From: Raillietiella orientalis
Taxonomy: Eukaryota
NCBI GenBank assembly: GCA_036172245.1
Contig: JAYWIR010000005.1
Coordinates: forward strand, 2,542,001-2,606,000
Direction: 5' to 3'
DNA: 64,000 nt
Part shown: positions 27,620-40,373 of the stretch, piece after piece
How the letters are laid out: each line of letters starts with the position of its first letter
Position numbering within the stretch: the first letter of the stretch is position 1
Position numbers and translations under genes: made by a program
The notes under the pieces: model-generated
The model's input: the letters and a program-made list of their open reading frames with translations, nothing else
What the model was told of the DNA's origin: nothing
Database searches by the model: none

Positions 27620-29862
27620 ACGGGAGCCCAGCTCTGGAGTGAGCGTTGCCCAGGAAGGTCAAGGAAGTTTTGCGCTCCCCTCTGACCAGGAACATCGGAT
27701 AGAGGGTGGGAGGGACTCGGCGGGAGCCTTTGCAGTCGCGGTCGACTTGCGCAAAGCATTCGACTGCGTCGACCAGGAACTGCTTTTGGAGCTTCTGGAA
27801 CGCATGGGTTTCCCGGCCGTGCTCCAGTCCTACCTGCGCTCCTGCTGGCGCAACGCGTCAATTAATATTGGTTTCAGCGGCCGGCACGTGTACGGTGTGC
27901 CAGTCCGCCGCGGTATCCGGCAGGGTGACAGCCTGAGCCCCTTGCTCTTCAGCATCTACTTCGAGTTGGTGCTGAGGGCATACAGGGTAACTCTGGCAGC
28001 CCTGCCGAGCTCGTGTGCCGGCACGCCTGCCGTGTCGGCCTATGCAGACGATCTTCTGCTGCTGCTTCCCGGGTCCACCCCGGCGAGTGCACTCGAGGAC
28101 TTCTTCGAGTTGCTGCGCCGCGGGACGGGCCTGGAGGTGAACAGGGCGAAGTCGTCCATGGTCTTCGTCGGTTCGGCGTGGGCTGGACGGTCGGACTGGA
28201 TCCGCTTGGGGATCCCCACGGGCAGGTGCTTTAAGTACCTCGGCGTACCGTTGGGGGACTTCTGCGCAGCAGAAGCCTGGTCCGACCGTCTCCAAAAGGC
28301 AGCGTTGGCGATCGGTCCGTTCCAAGAAGGCAAGTTTTACTTGCAGGAACGGGCCGCGGTGTGGAACGCGTTTGCGGCTCCCCTCCTTCGCCTCCTACTT
28401 TTTGTTTGCCCCGCCCCTTATTTTATTCGGAAACGAGCAGCGGGCTTCCTGAGGACAGTTCTTTGGGGCAAAGGGAGGTCCCGTGTGAGGCTCAAAGACT
28501 TGTGCGCTCCACGTAAGGACGGTGGACTTGGCGTACTTACGCCGGAGCGCATGGAACTACAACTTAGATTCAGGACTCTCGCCCTTGCGGCGGAATTGTG
28601 GGACAAGCCTTGGTGCGTTCCAGCACGCCTCCTGGCCCAACGAGCCTGCGGAATCGGCGGACTTTTGTCGTTTCTGTCTGCGCGCGTCTGCAGAAGACCA
28701 TACTGTGGCTCTATGCTGCGACGCATCTTCGTTGCGGTTCGGGAGAACGCCTGGATCTCCTGCCTCCCAGGGAACTACTCCGCCTGGTTGCACGAGTCAG
28801 TCTCCACCTGGGAAAAGATCCACGTTCCGGCGGGCACAAGGAACACTTGTATGAAAAGGCACGCCCGCTGGACGCTGCAGGAGATCGTGCAGTCCCACGA
28901 CAAGCTTCTGTGGGCCTTGATAACCCCCCTCGCCCCAGTGCTGCCCTTCCTTGTGAATGCCAGGGACAGTAGCGAGCAGGGGAAATGGACCGTGTCCTGC
29001 ACTATAGGCGGCAGGACACAATCGATAAAGGCGTGGACATCTCGGCAGCTAGCTGACGCTGCGACGCCGAGTGTCCCGCCCAACGGAATTCGACGCTGGG
29101 GTGAGCTACTCGGACTATCTCCGGAGGAGATGAAGTGGCCCCCAGCGTCCTGGAACAGTGCATCCCTCCCCCTGAAATGGCAGGATGTGGCGTTGCTTGT
29201 GGTACTCTGGGGATTACCATTCAAAGCACGCCTGCACCACACCACCCGGGGGGCTGTGGATCCCAATTGTGACCGGTGTGGGGAAAAAGAAACATTCCCC
29301 CACCTTCTCCTTGAGTGTAGCGCCCTCCGTCCTTTGTGGGATCGTCTCGCGGCGATCCTGGACTTGCGCGGATGCGGCCCAAAGGACGTTTTCAGCCGCC
29401 TCTTCTGTAGTGACGCCTTGTCCCCGCCCGCTAGTGTAGCAGTCCCCTGCTGCATCAGAGGAATAGTGGCGGCTTGGAACGCCACCAGAAGAAGGCGTCA
29501 GCCAACCGGCAACGCCTTACACTGGACTCGCCTTTTCGCGCGCAGTGTCTGCAAGTGGCGCCACTTGGGCGCTGAAAGGACTCAGCTTGTGCGGATCCTG
29601 AATAGGATCTAGAGGACCTTTCCACGCGCACCGTGATCCCTTCCCGGCCCTCCCACCCCTACAACATTTGTTCCCCCCCACATTTGAACTTTTTGTCTCT
29701 TTTTGTTTTTCTTTATTTCCCATCCCCGCGCATCGGAAGGACCTCTCCGGCATGGAGCCGGTAACCAGCAAGCTGTTTTGGAGTGGTGAACCTTCGAGTT
29801 CGCCACGCGATATTTCATGTATTTTTATTTCGAAGAAATAAATGCCCCGGCACACCCGGGTG
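27620..29862 (+). mobile_element. 5'-truncated F5 LINE with an open RT and C-terminal reading frame
   Basis: Unbroken frame from AVAVDLRKAFD through QGDSLSP, YADD and CDRCGEKETFPHLLLEC to stop 29612; AATAAA at 29837 plus hairpin. Left boundary approximate. Confidence 0.85.
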
Positions 29863-32292
29863 TGAATTGCGACGGCGCGCGTCACCATGGACGACCGGAG
29901 GCTCATGCCTTCGCAGATCCCCCTTGGTGACGTCGTCGTCTATCACCGGTTTGCCGGGCAAACCCCAGCTTGCGGCAACTGCGGGAAGGAGGGCCACCGT
30001 CCACGGAAGTGCCCAACACGCAGTTGCCGATACTGTAAGCTGCTCGGCCACTCGATTAACGAGTGCGCCTAGCTAAAACGAAAGAGGAGGGCGAGAAACA
30101 TCCCCGCAACATCGCCGTCCGCGCTGACTCCATCCGCCCCGTCGTCGGGGCAGAAATCCGGCGCGAACGAGGTTCCGCAGCGGACAAGCAAAAAGTCCGA
30201 TTGCGCGGGTGTGTCTGGGAGCAATGCTCTTCAAAAGCTTGCGCAAAACGACAAAAAGCTTCTCCAAGCTGCTAAAAACAAGCCCCGAGCAAAGCAGTCT
30301 GGAAAAAACCTCGGGCAGACTGCAAAACCGCCGCTTCCGTCCGCTCTCGCTCCGGAGAGAAATAGCGGTGGCACGCCCGGGAAGTACACCGGAGCTACAA
30401 AAAAGGGGTCGCGCGCCCCTTTGCCCGCGACAGGCAAGCCGGCCACGGCGGGCCGAACGCGAGCAAAGGCTGAAAAGCCTCGCGCGACCCCCGAGAATCC
30501 CGCCACTCTGCCCAAGCCTTCCGGTAAGGAGGTGCAAAAGGCAGACGTGGTGAAGGAGACACTGGCCTCCATCGCCGTATCCGAGGCCTTGGAAAGGATG
30601 CGAAGGACGCTGGAAGCCCTCGCGCCCAACCGAGGCAAATAGGAAGGCGGCGAGGATAACTGGACCTTCGTCGGGGGAAAGAAGGAGCGCAAATCGCGCG
30701 ATCCTTCCCACTTCCCGATCAAAAAGGTAGGCAGGGTGAAGAGGCAACCCCGCGCGCCCAGAAAGGCGCAAGGAAAAGCCTCTGCTGCCGCCGCGCGCGC
30801 CGTCGCAAACACCCGCGGCGAGAGGGGAGCCGCCGAAGCCGTGACCCCGAAAGGGAGATCGGCGACGAAGGCACCCTCTAAGAGTGCTGGACCAGCATGG
30901 GGCTGCCAGCAAAAAAAGAGGCAGGCAAAACGCCCGGCGCGCACGCGCAATTCGGCCTCCGAGCTGGAGTCCAAGGGCAGCTCTAAGGCACGCCAAGCCC
31001 CGGTCAAGGCCAGGGCTGCGCGCAAGCCAAAACTTGCCAGGCAAGAGCCTGATGCCGGGAACGGTTCCCGATGCTCCTCGGAGCCCGAGGCAATGGTCCT
31101 CGACTCCACCGAGCCGGCCGCGAGCGGCGCGGCGGGGACAGGAAGCGCTCGCGCTACCTCATCCGCCGTGCTCCCGGCTGATGCCTCGCCGGACGGGGCG
31201 AGGAACGCACCTCCATGTCCGTAGCAGCAATGCGCCGTCTCGCTTCTTCCCGTCGCGTCCGAGTGGCCTGTTGAAACGTCAACGGGCTGCAGGACAACGT
31301 GAAGAGGCGATTGGTTGTCAACGTCTTGCGCGACTTCGATCTGGCCCTGCTGCAGGAGATTCACGCACTCTCCGAGCAGCAAGCGGCCGATCTGCAAGTT
31401 CGCGCAGGCGGGACGCTCCATTGGAGGTCAGGCTCCCAGAATACCTGCGGAGTCGCATTCCTTGTCCGGGGCAGGGTGGCGGGAGCGGTGCGGAGCGTTT
31501 GTTTCGACGAGGAAGGTCGTGTGGGACAACTTGTTCTCAAGTGGTCCGAATCGATCAACCTTGTCGTCACGAACGTGTACGCGCCGAGCGGCTCCGCGCG
31601 TCGCACCGAGAAACTGGAGTTTCTCGAGAGACTGCGCGACCGCTGGCTCAGCAACTCCGGCCCCGACGTGGCTCACCTCGTAGCCGGGGATTTCAACGTC
31701 CACGCGCTATCGGAGGAGTCTCACCGTCTCCGGGAGAAACGGGTGGTGAACGACGTGTGCGCGTTTGTGCACGCCTCGAATTTGCTGGCCGACGATCCCG
31801 GGATGCGTGCTTTGCCGGACCATGTGTTCCTCGACGATCACCTGCATTGTCGGGTGGGTCGAAGAGGTTCCGTGCCGACCGAGCTTTCCGACCACTACAG
31901 GCTGGAGTTTGAGCTATTCCCGCCTGGCAAGGGCCCTCCGACGCACGTCTGGAGGTTGCCGGCCGACTGGCTGAGAAATCCGGTGGCTGCGGAGCACCTC
32001 CGCCAGTATCTCCGGACCTTGGCCGTTCGAGAGATCGTGGACTGGGACGATCTGAAAAGATCGATCCGCAAGTTCTGCAGCCGGTTTCCCTTGCGCCTGC
32101 TTCCCCGTGGCTTCGGGGAAGTCGTGGCCAACAGCAGAGTGTTTCTGCAGGGCCGCCAATTCTCCCGATGCCCGGACGTCCGGTACCTTGCGGAGTACAA
32201 GGCCAAGGCCGAGCGCCAGGTCTGGCAGTCAGGAGCAGCTTGTCTGCTCGACGACCAGGGCCTGCAGTGCTCGGGAGCGGCCGAAGTTTGCC

Positions 32293-34204
32293 ACCCGGAT
32301 ATGCCGGGGCATTTATTATTCTAATTTTCTACAAAAATTAGATAATAAAGTCTTTCGAAAGTTAATTGTGGGAAACACTTGGTTTTCCCACCTTGGTTGA
32401 CGTGTCGGTTGCCGGTGCATAGACCGGTTAGGTCCATTCCCGAGGCGCATGGGAAGGGAAAACTAAAACAAAAACAAACAAAAAGAGAGATAACGGGGAG
32501 GGAAACAGTTGTATGGGGAGAGGGGGGGGGCAGGGAAGGGATCACTGAGCGCCTGGGTCGGTCCTCCGCATCCTGTTGAGGATGCAGTCAAGTTCAGTTT
32601 TTATCGTGAAAGGTAGACGCCACCTTGTCGCCGTCTCTAAAGAGATCGTTGTCCAGTGGATGGCGTCCCTGCATCTTGGGCCTCTTCTTCTGGCGTGCCA
32701 CCTTTGCACAATGCCGCGCACGCAGCAGAGGACTGCTAGAGACGCAGCGGGGCGCAGGCCGTCACGCAGAAAGAGGCGACGGTAAATTTCCTTAGGGTCG
32801 CCTACTGGAAGATGGAGGATTGGGGCGATTCGACTCCAGAGTCCATCCAGGGCGACACACTCGAGGGTGAGATGCGGGAAGGTTTCTCTTTCTCCGCACT
32901 CGACACAGCGGGCATCCACATTTCCCAGTGTCCAGTGAGACAGGCGTGCTCTGCTTAACAGTCCCCAGTGCAGAAATAGCAACGCCGTCTCCTGCCACTT
33001 CAACGGAAGTGTGCCGCAATCCCAACACGCTGGGGGCCACTTCACCTCCTCCGGAGGTATTGCGAGCAGCTCTCCCCAGCGCGCAAGTTCGTGAGGCGGG
33101 ACGCTCGGGGTGGCAGCGTCCGTGAGCTCCCGAGTCGTCCACGCCTTTAAAGGTTTTTTCCTGCCTCGGATGAGGCAGGACACTTCCCACGATGCCAGCT
33201 CATTGCTGCTCCTACTGTTTTTCAGGGAGGACAGAACGGGGGCAAAGGGGCTGAAAGAAGCCCACAGGAACTTCCGGGGCGTGTTGATAATATCCTGCAG
33301 CGGCTGTCGAGCGTACGGTCCTCGTCGTAGGCAGTTGTATTCCGCCTCGCTCGTTCCGTTGATCTTAGCCCAAGCGGAAGCTGACTCCTGGAGCCAGGCA
33401 GTGCAGTTCGCGGGGATGCAGGAGATCCAGGTATTCTCCCTCATCAGGGCGACCATCTGGCGCAAATCGGGACCACAGTTGGAGAGGCTGCGCTGGTAGG
33501 CAACGAGGATCGAGGACAATCCTTCGCAGCCGGTCGCTCTTCTTGCGAGGAGCCGTGCAGGATCGCACCATGGCGTCAACCATAAGCTAGCCGCAAGCGC
33601 TAACTTTCGAATTCTTGTTTGAAGTTGGATGCGCTCCAACGTAAGGAGGCCCAAGCCACCATCCCTGCGTGGAGCGCACAAGTCTTTCAATCGGACTCGC
33701 GACCTCGCTGTGCCCCAAAGGGCAGTCCTCAAGAGGGCTTTGGTCCGTCTCTGTATGATGGGAGGGGCGGGACAAACAAAAAGTAAGGGGCGAAGGAGGG
33801 GGGCCGCGAACGCGTTCCATACCGCGGCCCGCTCCTGCAAGTAAAACTTGCCGTTCCGGAACGGGCCGATCGCCAACTCCACCTTTTGGAGACGGTCGGA
33901 CCAGGCTTCTGCAACGCAGAAGTCCCCCAACGGAACGCCAAGGTACTTCAAGCACCTGCCCGTGGGGATCCCCAAGCGGATCCAGTCCGGCCGTCCGGCC
34001 CACGCCGTATTGTTGAAAAGTTGTGGTGATGTTGGAACGATGGAAGATTTCTCTCTGTTCACCTCGAGGCCCGTCCCGCGGAGCAGCAACTCAAAGAAAT
34101 CTTCGAGCGCCGACGCCGGGGTGGACCCGGGGAGCAGGAGCAGAAGGTCGTCGGCGTAGGCCGACACGGCAGGCGTGCCGGGACACGAGCTTGGCAGGGT
34201 TGCC
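32293..34204 (-). mobile_element. 5'-truncated F5 LINE with 16-bp TSD
   Basis: TSD gcggccgaagtttgcc (32277-32292) / gcggccgaagttcgcc (34205-34220). ORF 32542..34167 runs from YADD to CVECGERETFPHLTLEC; terminal hairpin. Confidence 0.92.
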
Positions 34205-36926
34205 GCGGCCGAAGTTCGCCGCCTCCTAAAGCGCTACTACTCCTCGTTGTACGCGGAGGAGCCCACGGAACGCAGTCTCTCCGAGCTGCTTCTTCCGACG
34301 GGTAACCCTGCTATCGACGAGGAGGAACGCGCCAGATTGGATTGACCATTCACGGCTGAAGAAGTATCTTCTGCCATAGCGGGCCCGAAGAGGCGTAAGG
34401 CGCCTGGGGAGGATGGCCTGCCCGCGGAGTTCTTTCAGTGCTTCGCGGCGGAGCTCGTCCCCCTGTTGCTAAGCCTTTCCTCGCTGATGCGTGAGACGGG
34501 AGATGTTCCCGCTTCTTTCCGCTCAGCAAAGGTGCGGCTCCTGCCGAAAGGCGGTGATTTGCGCCACCTCAGCAACTGGCGTCCGATCACCTTGGTGAAT
34601 TCGGACGTCAAGTTGTTCTCCAGGCTATGGGTCGCGCGCCTGGGGAGAATCGCGAAGTCCTTGGTAAGTCCGGAGCAGACGTATGCTGTTCCGGGGCGGT
34701 CCATGGACGCGAATCTCTTCTTCGCGCGAACATGGCTCAAGTTGCAGCAGCGCGTGGCGCAGCAGAGCCAGGCAGCCGAAATCGCCGCTGCCAAAGGTAA
34801 GCGGCGGTGTTCAAGGCATGATGGAACGCCGGGAGCCTTAGCGGTAGCCGTCGATCTCTGCAAAGCGTTCGACAGCGTAAACCAGGACCTCCTTCTGGAG
34901 CTTCTGGAACGCCTGGGCCTCCCGACGCACTTCATCGCCTACTTGCGCTCCTGCTGGCGCCACGCGTTATGCTGTATCTCTTTCAGCGGGCGCCACGTGT
35001 ATGGCATTCCCATACGGCTGGGTATCAGGCAGGGAGACAGCTTAAGCCCCCTGCTCTTCAGCATCTTCTTTGAGTTGGTGCTGAGGGCGTACAGGCTGAC
35101 GCTGGCCAACCTGCCGAGCTCCTGCCCGGGAACACCGGCCGTGGCCGCTTATGCTGACAACCTTCTCCTGCTGCTGCCCATGTCCACCCCGGCGTCCAGG
35201 CTCGAGGACTTCTTCGAGCTCATTCGTCGGGCAGCGGGCCTGAGCGTCAACAGGACGAAATCAACCGTTGTACCGGTTGGCTCTACGTGGGAGGGGCAGT
35301 CCTACTGGATCCGCCTGGGGATCCCACGGGCAGGTGCTTGAAGTACCTCGGCGTTCCCTTGTGCGCCTTCTGTCCAGCAGAAGCGTGGTCGGACTGCCTT
35401 CACAAGGCCGAGACTGCTTTTGGCCCGTTCCAAGGCGGCAGGTTTCTCCTGTGGGAACGGGCCTTCGTGTGGAACATTTTCGTTGTCCCCCTCCTCCGTC
35501 CCCTCTTTTTTGTTTGTCCCCCTCCCTACTCGGCTAAGCGCCGGGCGCAACGCCTGTTGCGTAACGCCCTGTGGGGACCGGCGAGATCCAGGATACGCCT
35601 GAAGGACTTGGCGGCTCCTCGGCGGGATGCAGTATTGGGCATCCTGACGCTGGAGCGGATCGGACTGCTAGTGCAGTTCCGCATGCTGGCACTTTGCGCG
35701 CAGCTCTGGACCACTCCCTAGTGTGCTCTAGCGCCGCTGCTGCTGCGGCGCTGCACGAGTGGCGACGGACTACGTTCGTTGCATCTGCTCACGGAGGGCG
35801 CCCAGAGAGGATTCGGCTTCCCTTTGAAGCAGCTCGCCACGCTTCTAGGAAAGCATGAGTGGATCTCCTGCCGGCCGACGAACTTCAACGCCTGGAGGCA
35901 GGAAGCCTTATCGCCCTGGGCAGCGCAACAGGATGTGTCCCGTTTGGAACTCCGTTGCGTGAACCTTTCCTCATACTGTCCAGTGGGTTAGGTGGTGGAA
36001 GACCAGGACCAGTGGACACGCCTAGCCGCTACGCCACTCGCCGAAGCACTGTGTGCACTGATGGTGCGAGATGACAGTGACCTGCCGGCGAGGTGGGAGA
36101 TCGCTTGCGAAATCGCAGGCGAAACCCGACTGCTGGGCGTCTGGCGGACTTGCGAAGTGGCAGACGCTGTCACACCTCGCCTCCGTACCAAGGGACTTCT
36201 TCTGTGGAGTTAGCTCCTCGGGGTACCCACCGATGAACTTGTGGTCCCTTCTGCGTGTTTGGACGCGACTCTCTTTCCCCTTCGGTGGAAACAGGACGCT
36301 TTTCTGCTGGTGCATTGGGGTTTGTACTGCAACCAGCGGGCGCACCTGATTTCCAGGGGAGTTGCTTCCCCGAACTGTGCCCAATGCGGAGCGGTGGAAT
36401 CGCTTCCGCATTTGCTGTTTGAGTGCGGTGCCCTCCAGGATCTGTGGCGACGGCTGTCTTCAGCGCTCCTGCACCCCGGACACACCGCATTCGATTGGAT
36501 GCGCCGCTTCTACACGCGTGGCGGTCTTTCTCTTGGAGCGCTCGTCGCAATCATCTGCTGCGTCCGCGCCATTGTCAGGGCCCGCCACGTATTGCAGATG
36601 CGAGCAGTCCCAACTTCGGTCCCCGACACCGCAGCCTGCAACCTGCAAATGGCTGCCGGGTGGCCACACCTGGGAGCAGAAGTGAGGACGGAGATCGGCA
36701 GCATTCACCGCCGGTTCTGAGAACAGGAACGGTTAGACTGTATACCCCTATCCCCGCCCTCCCACCCAATTTATTTATTTATTGTCCCACCCCCTCCCGT
36801 TCCGAAATCTCAGTGTACCCGGCCTGCGTTCCGGGAAATCTACTCCCCATTTTCTGTTCCCCTTGCCTGGGAACACAGTTCCCAGTTGATATTAAGAATA
36901 AACGTTTCGGCGCAACCGGGTAATAA

Positions 36927-38137
36927 ACGACAACGCTGCATTCTTTAATTTGCTCGCTTGTCTGCTGTTTTTTCTGGCGGTACGCGAGCTTTTTCTCCAT
37001 CCTCCTCTCCTTCTTTGATTCTTTGGCCGTAGCCACCTGCCACCCAGGCTCCTGGCTAGTTCCCTCGACTTTTTCGGCGTTGTTCGCCGGGGTCTCGGGT
37101 GAGGCCTGGGCCTTGGGCGCGGGTGGCACAGACTTCGCGGCAGCTTTCGCCGCCAGCCTTTTCTGCAGAAGCCGGGCTCGTTTTTTAAGGTTTCTCTTGG
37201 AAACCACCCGCACTGCTGCTTTAGGGCACACCTCCCTCGTGTGTCCCATGGTTCCGCATACTTGGCTCTGCACATTGGGACACCTCTTTTTGAGGTAGCC
37301 CGACATATTGCAGAAGCCGCAGTATTTCGGCTTCCCCACATACCACAGGTCGACTGTTTCGCCTTCGACAACCAGTTTGTGGGGAAGAGGGCAGCCCTCC
37401 CGAACGGTCACGCGCGCAGCCGTGAGGCCGTGTTGCAGCCCCGTGTAGTCCTCGAAAGGACTAACTTTCGTCCACTGCGCGTGGACCGTTCCAAATTGTT
37501 CTAGAGCGGCGCGAACCTGTTCTTTGCGCATTCGCGCGGTTACGCCTAATAGGTGGACCACCATGCTGCGGTCCGCCTTAGTGGGGAGGAGCCTGCGCGT
37601 TCCCATCACAACGGGGGTTTTAAGCAGTCGTTGGGCCAGCTCTGCTTGTTTGCAGATGACCTCAACGTACTGACCCCCGCTGCGGATGGTCATAGCGCTG
37701 AGCTCCTCCTCTTTCACATCGAGAGCGCGCATGCCCTTCGAAAAGGAGTGCGCGCTCTCTAAAGAATAAAGGGGTACAACCCCTCATTGCCTACCTTGTA
37801 GAACAATGAGGGGTTGTACCCCTCCTCTACATAGGCCGACAATTCCGCCGCGGCTGCAGGCGATGGCGCCGACACAACGGCGCTCCACGCCCGCGCTGCA
37901 GCGGGGACCGATTCTGTGGGGGCGGATGCCCCCACCTCCATCGCCTCTTAGGGCGACGTTGCCGCCACCCCCTGGCTCTCCATCGCCTCTGGGGGCGGCG
38001 TTTCCGCTGCCCCCTGGCCATCCGTGGTGGTCGCGTTAGGCATCGCTGTTTGATCGACCACCGAACCACAGGACGCTTGCACTGGGGGAGACTTCCTGGC
38101 ACAAGGAGCACCGAGAAAACACGTCCGCCCTAGAGCG
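36927..38137 (-). mobile_element. F1 LINE 5' end and ORF1 N-half
   Basis: Reverse complement of 21428-22625; starts cgctctagggcggacgtg. Confidence 0.9.
37770..37823. repeat. Perfect 20-bp inverted repeat with 14-nt spacer
   Basis: aggggtacaacccctcattg (37770-37789) and caatgaggggttgtacccct (37804-37823). Confidence 0.9.
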
Positions 38138-40240
38138 CACAAGGCGGTCGACTGTGTAGACCAGGAACTCCTCTTGGATCTTCTGGGTCGCATGGGCTTC
38201 CCAACCTCCCTGATCACCTACCTGCGCTCTTGCTGGCGGAACGTGATGATCACCATCTTTTTCAGTAGACAAAAGGTGTAAGGCGTGCCGATACGGCGGG
38301 GCATAAGGCAGGGAAATACCCTCAGCCCCCTGCTCTTCAGCACCTACTTTGAGTTGATGCTGAGAGCGTACAGGGTGACGTTGGCTCCCTTGCCGAGCTC
38401 GTGCCCCGGCGCGCTTGCCGTAGTAGCGTATGCCGACGATCTTCTGCTCTTGTTGCCGATGTCCACCCCGGCAGCGGCATTCGAGGACTTCTTCGATCTG
38501 GTTAGCCGTGGGGCCGGGCTACTGGTAAACAGGGCGAAGTCGTCGGTGGTGCCAGTAGGTGTGGCGTGGGCAGGGCAGTAGGACTGGGTCCGTCTGGGGA
38601 TCCCTACGGCGAGGTGTTTCAAGTCCCTTGGTGTGCCGTTGGGGGACTACTCCCCTGCGGAAGCGTGGTCCAGCTGCCGCCAAAAAGTAGAGACGGCTAT
38701 CGGTTTGTTCCTCGAAGGCAAGTTTCACTTGCCGGAACGGGCCGCGGTGTGGAACGCCTCCGCGGCTTCCATCCTTCGCCCCTTGCTTTTGTTTGCCCCC
38801 TACTGTAGAATCGAAGAAGAGGACAAAGGACCTCCTCCGCATCGCCCTTTGGGGCAAGGGGAGGCCCCGAGTCCCTTTGAAGGACCTTTGCGCTCCTCGT
38901 CGGGACGGCGGACTTAGCCTCCTGACGCTGAAACGCGTGGAGAAACAGCTACGATGCGCACCCTCGCCATCGCAGCGAAGCTATGGAGCACCCCTTGGTG
39001 CACTCCGGCTTGCTTCCTGGCCAGCCGTGTGTCCCGGTGCAATGGACTGGCGTCTTTTCTTTTGAGCCGTTGCCGGAAGATGCGAAGATGCGGCCTACTG
39101 CTCGGGCGCATTGCAATTCTGGCCAGAAAGAACAGTTGGATGGTTTGCTGCCCCGCCAACTCCCCCGCCTGGCTGGAGGAGAACATTGGAACGTGGGCAG
39201 TCGTAAACCAGAGGAGCCACGAGACGTGGAATCGTCTCTGATGCAGCCCATACGCCCGCTGCACGCTGCAGAATCTCCTGGAGTGTCCAGCAAGAAGCAC
39301 GTGGGCAGAGACGACCTGCCTGGCTACGGTGCTGCCCTTCCTGAGGAGGGCGCTTCACAGCAGCAGGACGCCAAGGTGGCAAGTCTCCTGCTGCATCGAG
39401 GGACGGGAGAAGTTGATTAGCGGCTGGACAACGGGAGAACTGGCAGACGCCACGACCCCGAGCGTCCAGCCGCGAGGATTAGCAAGATGGTGCGAGCTGC
39501 TCGTCATCCCCAGGGAAGAGCTGAAGTGGCACCCGGTGATTAAAGAATCCAGGATCCTGCCACTCAAGTGGCAAAAGTCGGCGTTGCTCCTGTTGCACTG
39601 GGGTCTACCCAGCAACGCATGCCGCTTCCACTGGACGAAGGGAGCTGTGGATCCTGCGTGTGCCAGGTGCGGGAAGCGGGAGTCGCTCCCCTACCTTATT
39701 GTGGACTATGCTGCCCTCTTACCCCTCTGGGAACGGTTCGGGACGACCCACGGGCTCCCTACGGGCAGCGCCCCCAGAGACGTTCTGCCTCTCCTCTTCG
39801 TGCGGGACGCTCTGCAGCCAGCCGCAGCCCTCGCAGCCCTGTGCTGCGTCCGAGGCATCGTGGCGGCCTGGAGCGACGCCAACAGCGAAGACCGCGACAC
39901 GAACGAGAGGGAAGTCATCCCGTATGCTGTCAGCTTTATGCGGAGAGCTGCTCGATGGCCCCACCTGGGAAATATGCGGACAGACCTCGAGGGCTTCCTT
40001 CGACGGATGGGCCCTCCTCACAGCGTCCAGTGATCCCTTCCCTTCCCTCCAAACTCTTTTCGTTTGTTTATCCCTTTTATTTTTCTTTTTGTTTTTCCCC
40101 CATCCCCTTGCGCTGCTGAGGAGTGCCACGCCGGGCTGCGTCCCGGTGTCCCGACAGGTCCCGTGTCCAAGGCCGCAGTGGGGCCTTATACCACGTATGT
40201 GAGTTTTTCAAATAAACGCCCCGGGCGTACCCGGGTGATA
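38138..40240 (+). mobile_element. LINE 3' half from RT HKAVD to 3' terminus (possibly the 3' end of the F4 element starting at 17301)
   Basis: QGNTLSP, YADD, CARCGKRESLPY; AATAAA at 40211 plus hairpin. Candidate TSD acgcctcgagcggc (17287-17300) / acgccccaagcggc (40241-40254). Confidence 0.82.
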
Positions 40241-40373
40241 ACGCCCCAAGCGGCGCGGATCTGACGACCAGAAGGGCGAGGAGAGAGTTTTTCCTTGCCC
40301 TCCGGCGCGACTGGCTGACCGTGGTAGGCCTGTGGAATGCCCATCTGGTCGCAGGCGATTTTAACGTTCGCTT
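40241..40373 (+). pseudogene. F1-like endonuclease fragment (APSGADL...AHLVAGDFNV); host of the tandem F3 insertions, resumes at 61297
   Basis: Colinear with 23540-23670; the continuation QPDGRDHER at 61315 matches KPDGQNPER at 23675. Confidence 0.85.

Larger units (their letters stand above)
27478..36926 (+). mobile_element. F2-like LINE lacking its extreme 5' end, with two nested insertions
   Basis: ORF1 pieces at 27480-27600 and 29865-31230 (CGNCGKEGHRPRKC); EN 31230-32000; RT 34205-35400; CAQCGAVESLPHLLFEC; AATAAA at 36897 plus degenerate hairpin. Confidence 0.85.

Noticed and set aside
26994..29612. 872-aa ORF as a novel RT fusion protein
   Set aside because: Chance chimera: the N-terminus is the antisense of an F2 RT plus an out-of-frame ORF1 fragment. 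Only the part from ~27700 is genuine RT.
30073..31421. Long antisense and alternative-frame ORFs (30073..31044, 30231..31421 and many similar)
   Set aside because: Shadow ORFs of GC-rich ORF1/ORF2 sequence with no independent motifs.
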